64,000 nucleotides of DNA, taken from assembly GCA_002269645.1 (NCBI GenBank), contig NIVC01003829.1:1-64000 (forward strand). Reading direction: 5' to 3'. This DNA comes from Macrostomum lignano (lineage: Eukaryota). The position numbers and the translations under genes were made by a program. How positions within the stretch are numbered: position 1 is the first letter of the stretch; the number at the start of each line of letters is the position of its first letter. The notes beneath the pieces are model-generated. The model had not been told where the DNA came from and ran no database searches. It was given only the letters and a program-made list of their open reading frames with translations. This document shows positions 59,176 to 64,000 of the stretch, piece after piece.

Positions 59176-62100
59176 ACTGTTCCGCAAAATCTGGGAGCAG
59201 ATGGCTACTGATCTCCATATGCTTCTCAATAATCGAAACCATTTGAAATGTTTGCAACTTGCAGTTTAAAATTGATTTGCAATTCTCTTGCATATTTATT
59301 AATTCATTGTACGTCAGATTAGCACTGCTCACCCAGATTAGACCCTTTGCAAATTAGTATTTACAGCAGATTAGCACTGCTCTAGAAGACTAACGCAGCC
59401 CCAGCAAAAGTATCTTTAAATTTAAGTGTTTACCATCTCCATGAATCTGCATAGGATGCAATCATTATTGTCACAGGTCACAAAGATAAATTCGCTGCTT
59501 CAATGCAGGCTCGAACTGCTGACATCAAAGCATTCTGTTTGCTTCTGCTTGATACTGCCTGCCTACTGCGGCTATTGTGCCTATTGACATGTGGTCGAAA
59601 TAATCTAGTTTAGCAACTTCAGCCGTTTGAAGTTAACCCCCGGAAATCGGCATTTATCCCCACAACAACCTGAAATTATCCCTTCATCTAATCCCGCAAA
59701 AAGACTGCAGTTATTTCTTAGCAGCCAGCATTTATCATCCACTTTGCATTTTAAAACTTTTATTAAAATTAAGAATGCATACCCTCAGCGGCATAGAATT
59801 GTCCCCTTAGCCAAAAATATTTCACTTAGCAGCCGCAGAAATCCCCTAAACAACTTGTACTTAATCTTCCACAGTAAATATCCACTCAAAACTCAATACT
59901 TAGTTATAAGCCTCAGAAGTCTGCCATTATCCTCTAATTAGTCCGCAGTTTTCCCTCTCAGCAGTCTGCAGCTATACGCTCATACGTCTGGAGGAACTAC
60001 CTCAGCAGTTTGCAGTTGTTTCCCCTTTGCAATCTGCAATGATCCCTTCGACAGTCTGCAGTTCCCCTCAGCAGTCTGCAGTCATTTCATTTTCAGTCTA
60101 CAACTGTACCATTAACGATTTTCATTCATTCTCTCAGCAGCCTGCAGTTCTCCTCTCGGCCGGCTCCTCCTCTTTGCAGTCTCCTCTGCAAACTGCAATT
60201 TGCTCAGAATTGTACGGCTCACTAATCAATTTTCGATACATATCGGCAGTCTTGAAAAGCTCAGCATTTAGCAGCATTGTCTGCAGTTTAGTAATTTCGT
60301 ACTTTTATGGAGCTAGACAATACCCATTGATGGGATCAGTTATACTCAAAGCAGTTTTTACAAATCAAATTTGATTAGTGGCTTGTGCCGAGTAGCAAAA
60401 AATGAATTGCTAATTAATAAAAAAATGTTTCAATTGAAATTAAATAAAAAATGTTTCAATTAGTCCAGGCACAAGCTATAAATTATTGAATTATTTGAAT
60501 TTTTATTATCCGCCGGGGAGGCAGACTCGAACCTTGGACCTTACGTCTAGCCTAAACCTAGTCCTAGTGCCTACACTGCGGCTACTCCGCCTATTGATGG
60601 GAGGACAACAAAATCAGCCATATATGCTTCAGAACTGCAGTTAAATACATAGCAGTGATAGGCTGCTCAGTGTGTAGGCGTGCAGGCGGAGCCAATGCAC
60701 AGTTGATTGAGTGAAATCTATAAATAGCAATTTTCTATGGAGTCCGCCAGTCAGAGCCAGGGTCAGAATGTACACACGCAGCCACTGAGCATTTTTTCTC
60801 CTTGCACACTGCAACCAGTATTGAAGCTTACACAGTGGAGAGAGAAAAGTTATAGCGCAATCATAATTGGAATTGGAATTCAGCCAGTCCAGTCAAGAAT
60901 TCAACCTAGTTTGCCCTACCATTAAAAGCATTGGGAAAACTCGTTTTTCGAATATTTAATACCTTTAGCATTAAAGCCGATTAAAGAAATTTCAACTGTC
61001 TTCTTTCCAGATAATTACAAATCTTTTCGTAAAAACGCGATTAAAATTGGTCAATGGTTCTATCTCTAGAACGTTACACGAATACTAACACAAATTCTCT
61101 TCCAGTGAAAGTCACACGAAGCAGCTATGACATAATCAAATACAAATCAGAATTCAGTCAGTCGGTTTTTTCTCTAGCATTCTTACAGCGCATTTCAAGT
61201 CGAAAGAGCTGCTTGACCTTTGCAAAAAAGCATGTTTTTCGAATATTTAATCCCTTTAGCATTGAAGCAGATTAAAGAAATTTTAACCGTCTTCTTTCCA
61301 GACAATTTTAAATCTTTTGGCGAAAACGCGATCAAAATCGGTGAAGAATTGCCATCTCTAGAGCGTTATGGACATACAAACCTTAGAGATTTAGTATATT
61401 TATACAAGCATACAAATATTAGAGATTTAGTATATGTAGATAGAATAGAATAGATAGAAGATAGATTAGAATAGATAGAAGATAGAAGACTAGAGCGTTA
61501 TGGACAAGCAAGCAAGCAAGCATACAAATATTAGAGATTTAGTATATTTAGACTAGCTAATTAGAGCTGGCTGCCAGCAGCCAGAATAATTTTTTTATTG
61601 CCCCCCTTTAAGTGAGGCCCAGTGAGTTTTCTTATCAGTTGGCTCTGGCGCAATCAATTAAAATTGGCAGTGAAGTTTTTCGCTGATAAAATTTGCATTG
61701 AAAAAGGCCATTTAAAACAGTTTTTCGAATATTTAATCCCTTTAGCATTGGAGCAGATTAAAGAAATTTTAACCGTCTTCTTTCCAGACAATTTTGAATC
61801 TTTTGGCGAAAACACGATCAAAATCGGTGAAGAATTGCAATCTCTAGAGCGTTATGGACATTCAAGCAAGCAAGCATACAAACCTTAGAGATTTAGTATA
61901 TTTAAATTAGATTAGAAGATAGAAGATAGAAGATTAGAAGATAGATAGATAGAAGATATACTAGCTAATTAGAGCTGGCTGCCAGCATCCAGAATAATTT
62001 TTATTGCCCCCCTTTAAGTGGAGCGGAGTGAGTTTTCTTATCAGTTGGCTCTGGCGCAATCAATTAAAATTGGCAGTGAAGTTTCTGGCTGATAAAATTT

Positions 62101-62664
62101 GCATTGAAAAAGGCCATTTAAAACAGTTTTTCGAATATTTAATCCCTTTAGCATTGAAGCAGAGTAAAGAAATTTTAACTGTCTTCTTTCCAGACAATTT
62201 TGAATCTTTTGGCGAAAACACGATCAAAATCGGTGAAGAATTGCAATCTCTAGAGCGTTATGGACATTCAAGCAAGCAAGCATACAAACCTTAGAGATTC
62301 ATTCATTCAAGCATACAAACCTTAGAGATTTAGTATATTTAGATTGCAATCTCTAGAGCGTTATGGACATACAAACCTTAGAGATTTAGTATATTTGGAT
62401 TAGAAGATTAGATAGATAGAAGAATTAGAAGATTGAAAAAAATCGGTTCAGGCATTCAGGCTGTAGACTGGAATACCGGTCAAACCTTAGAGATTTAGTA
62501 TATTGTGATTTAGATTTAGAAGATTAGAAGATTAGAAGAGATTTAGTATATTTAGAAGTACCTTTTCTTGGAAGTAATTCCTTTCGAATCGAAGTAATCT
62601 CACCATGGAAATTATTGTTAAAATGAGGTACACTGCTGCGTTAGAGTAATTACTTTTGACTTCA

Positions 62665-64000
62665 TTAGTACCCCTTCTTGGAAGGGGTTTCACAAATCAG
62701 GGAACACTCATTGAATGTTCCTCTCCACGGAAATCTTTGTTGTTAAAACGAGGTGCCGTCGAAACCGGCGCGGGTCAGTTCCGAAGAACTCTGCTGCAGT
62801 TATATTTTGTATTTGATCGAAAGAATTAAAAATATTTACAAGATTTCGATTTGAATATTTATACGAATATTGAAATTAAAAATATACATATATAAAACTA
62901 TTTTTCAATATTTTGCAGTATTTTGCACGCATTTGGGGATAAAAAAGAGGGGAGGGAAATCCCGCACAAAGAAGGGATCTAATAAAAGCAGGACATCTAA
63001 AAAATACGTGCTTGATATTTGAAGGCCTATTGAGAGTAAAAGCAAGACATTTAAGTAAAAAAATAGAGATTAAGAATGCAATAGCGCATATTTGAATTTA
63101 GTTGTAAAAATAGAATGAATATAGTAAAGGTGTAAAAAAGCAATTAGTGATATTTGTAGAGCAGTTGGGTAAAAAACACAGTTGGGAAAATTGTAAAAAG
63201 AAACGCGAGGAGACATAGAGATTACCTAATCAGTCCTAATGACTGATCAACCGATCTCTGTCTCAGGCAGCAAGTTTAGTTTTATTAGTTGCGTTTCAGA
63301 GCGTGGTCACTTCCGGTTTGGGAGGCTGGTGCCCGGCCTTACCCTGGGTGGGATTCCCCTGTTTCTTTCCCGACGCCTCATGGCATCCCAGAGGACATTG
63401 AGGACTGGGGTTCGGCCCGGAGCCCGAGGGGCTTCCGGCTCAATGTGGAAGCTGTGGAGCTTGGCTGCCCTCATCTTGAGCAGCCAAGCCACCCCCAGCT
63501 GCTTGACCCTGTCTGCGAGCATCGGCATACCTGCCAGCTTGTGCAGGTATTCGATGCTGATGTAGGATGGCACACCATAGCAGATACGGAGAGCCAGGTT
63601 TTGGATTTTCTGCAATTTGATTTGGTTAGTCGCACAAATTTGGCTCAGGATTGGCGCTCCGTAGGTGAGAGCGCTTTCTCCGTATGCCCTGTACAGCATT
63701 CTGAGGGTGGTGCTACTCAGCTTAGTCATTTTTGCAATTCTGCACAGTGACATTACAATGGCTCTGCTGGTATCTGCCATGTTGTCCACATGTTTGTTCA
63801 GGCAGAGGCTCTGGTCAAGGAGGACACCCAGGAATTTCACCTCCTGACAGTACGGAACCTCAGTGTCCCCCAGATACAGTTTGGGTCGCAAGTCCATGCG
63901 CCTAGTGGGTTTGTAGTTGAAAGCGATTGCTTTGCTTTTACCGGCATTCAGTCTAATGCCTTGTTTACCGCACCAGTCAAAGACTCGTCTGAGGTAGCTT
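62665..64000 (-). mobile_element. 3' part of a third AlkB-LINE family copy (RT C-terminus + 3' UTR), continuing beyond the window
   Basis: 62925-64000 is nearly identical to ~49905-50980; ORF 63307-63897 equals the C-terminus of ORF2; terminal hairpin at 62670-62688. The AlkB part of this copy is outside the window. Confidence 0.92.

Larger units (their letters stand above)
55452..62545 (+). mobile_element. Tandem block of non-autonomous Helentron/DINE-1-like elements and multimerised 3' ends
   Basis: Units start ACTAG (55815, 56332, 61552, 61960), with a CTGGCTG-CCAG-CAGCCAG hairpin in the three short units, then GATCAAAATCGGT, (CAAG)n/(CATT)n microsatellite and the end CATACAAACCTTAGAGATTTAGTATATTTAG. 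~100-bp end multimers at 55452-55810 and 62280-62545. No Rep/helicase ORF; family assignment is by architecture only. Confidence 0.55.

Noticed and set aside
61220-62294. Repeated short ORFs (..FEYLIPLALKQIKEILTVFFPDNF..)
   Set aside because: Translations of the non-coding Helentron-like unit; frames differ between copies.

Overview
Eukaryotic (metazoan-like, spliced genes, no operons or CRISPR), repeat-dominated 64-kb window. The host cannot be identified from sequence; a flatworm such as Macrostomum is only a guess. Layout: (1) 1-14725 is a large inverted duplication whose arms carry G-rich and 60-bp minisatellites. The left arm is interrupted by a non-autonomous TIR transposon (428-3263, 8-bp TSD) holding a 28S rDNA fragment scrambled at the I-PpoI/R2 site. 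(2) One complete 4-exon Core-2/I-branching beta-1,6-GlcNAc transferase gene (16266-19083) whose last codons seed a 31-bp tandem repeat. (3) About 21 kb of a 30-bp satellite (21362-48001) split by a near-intact LOA/R1-type APE-RT-RNase H LINE (29096-34471), whose 3' UTR and 5' junction carry the satellite motif found at the insertion point. (4) From 48724 to the window end, three head-to-tail minus-strand copies of a Jockey-type LINE whose gag-like ORF1 is fused to a complete AlkB (ALKBH2/3-like) 2OG-Fe(II) dioxygenase domain, with a Helentron/DINE-like tandem block inserted at 55452-62545. The AlkB-ORF1 LINE is the best candidate for an under-described system. The giant VSEFVCVYLV-repeat ORFs are satellite artefacts. 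All alignments were done by eye.
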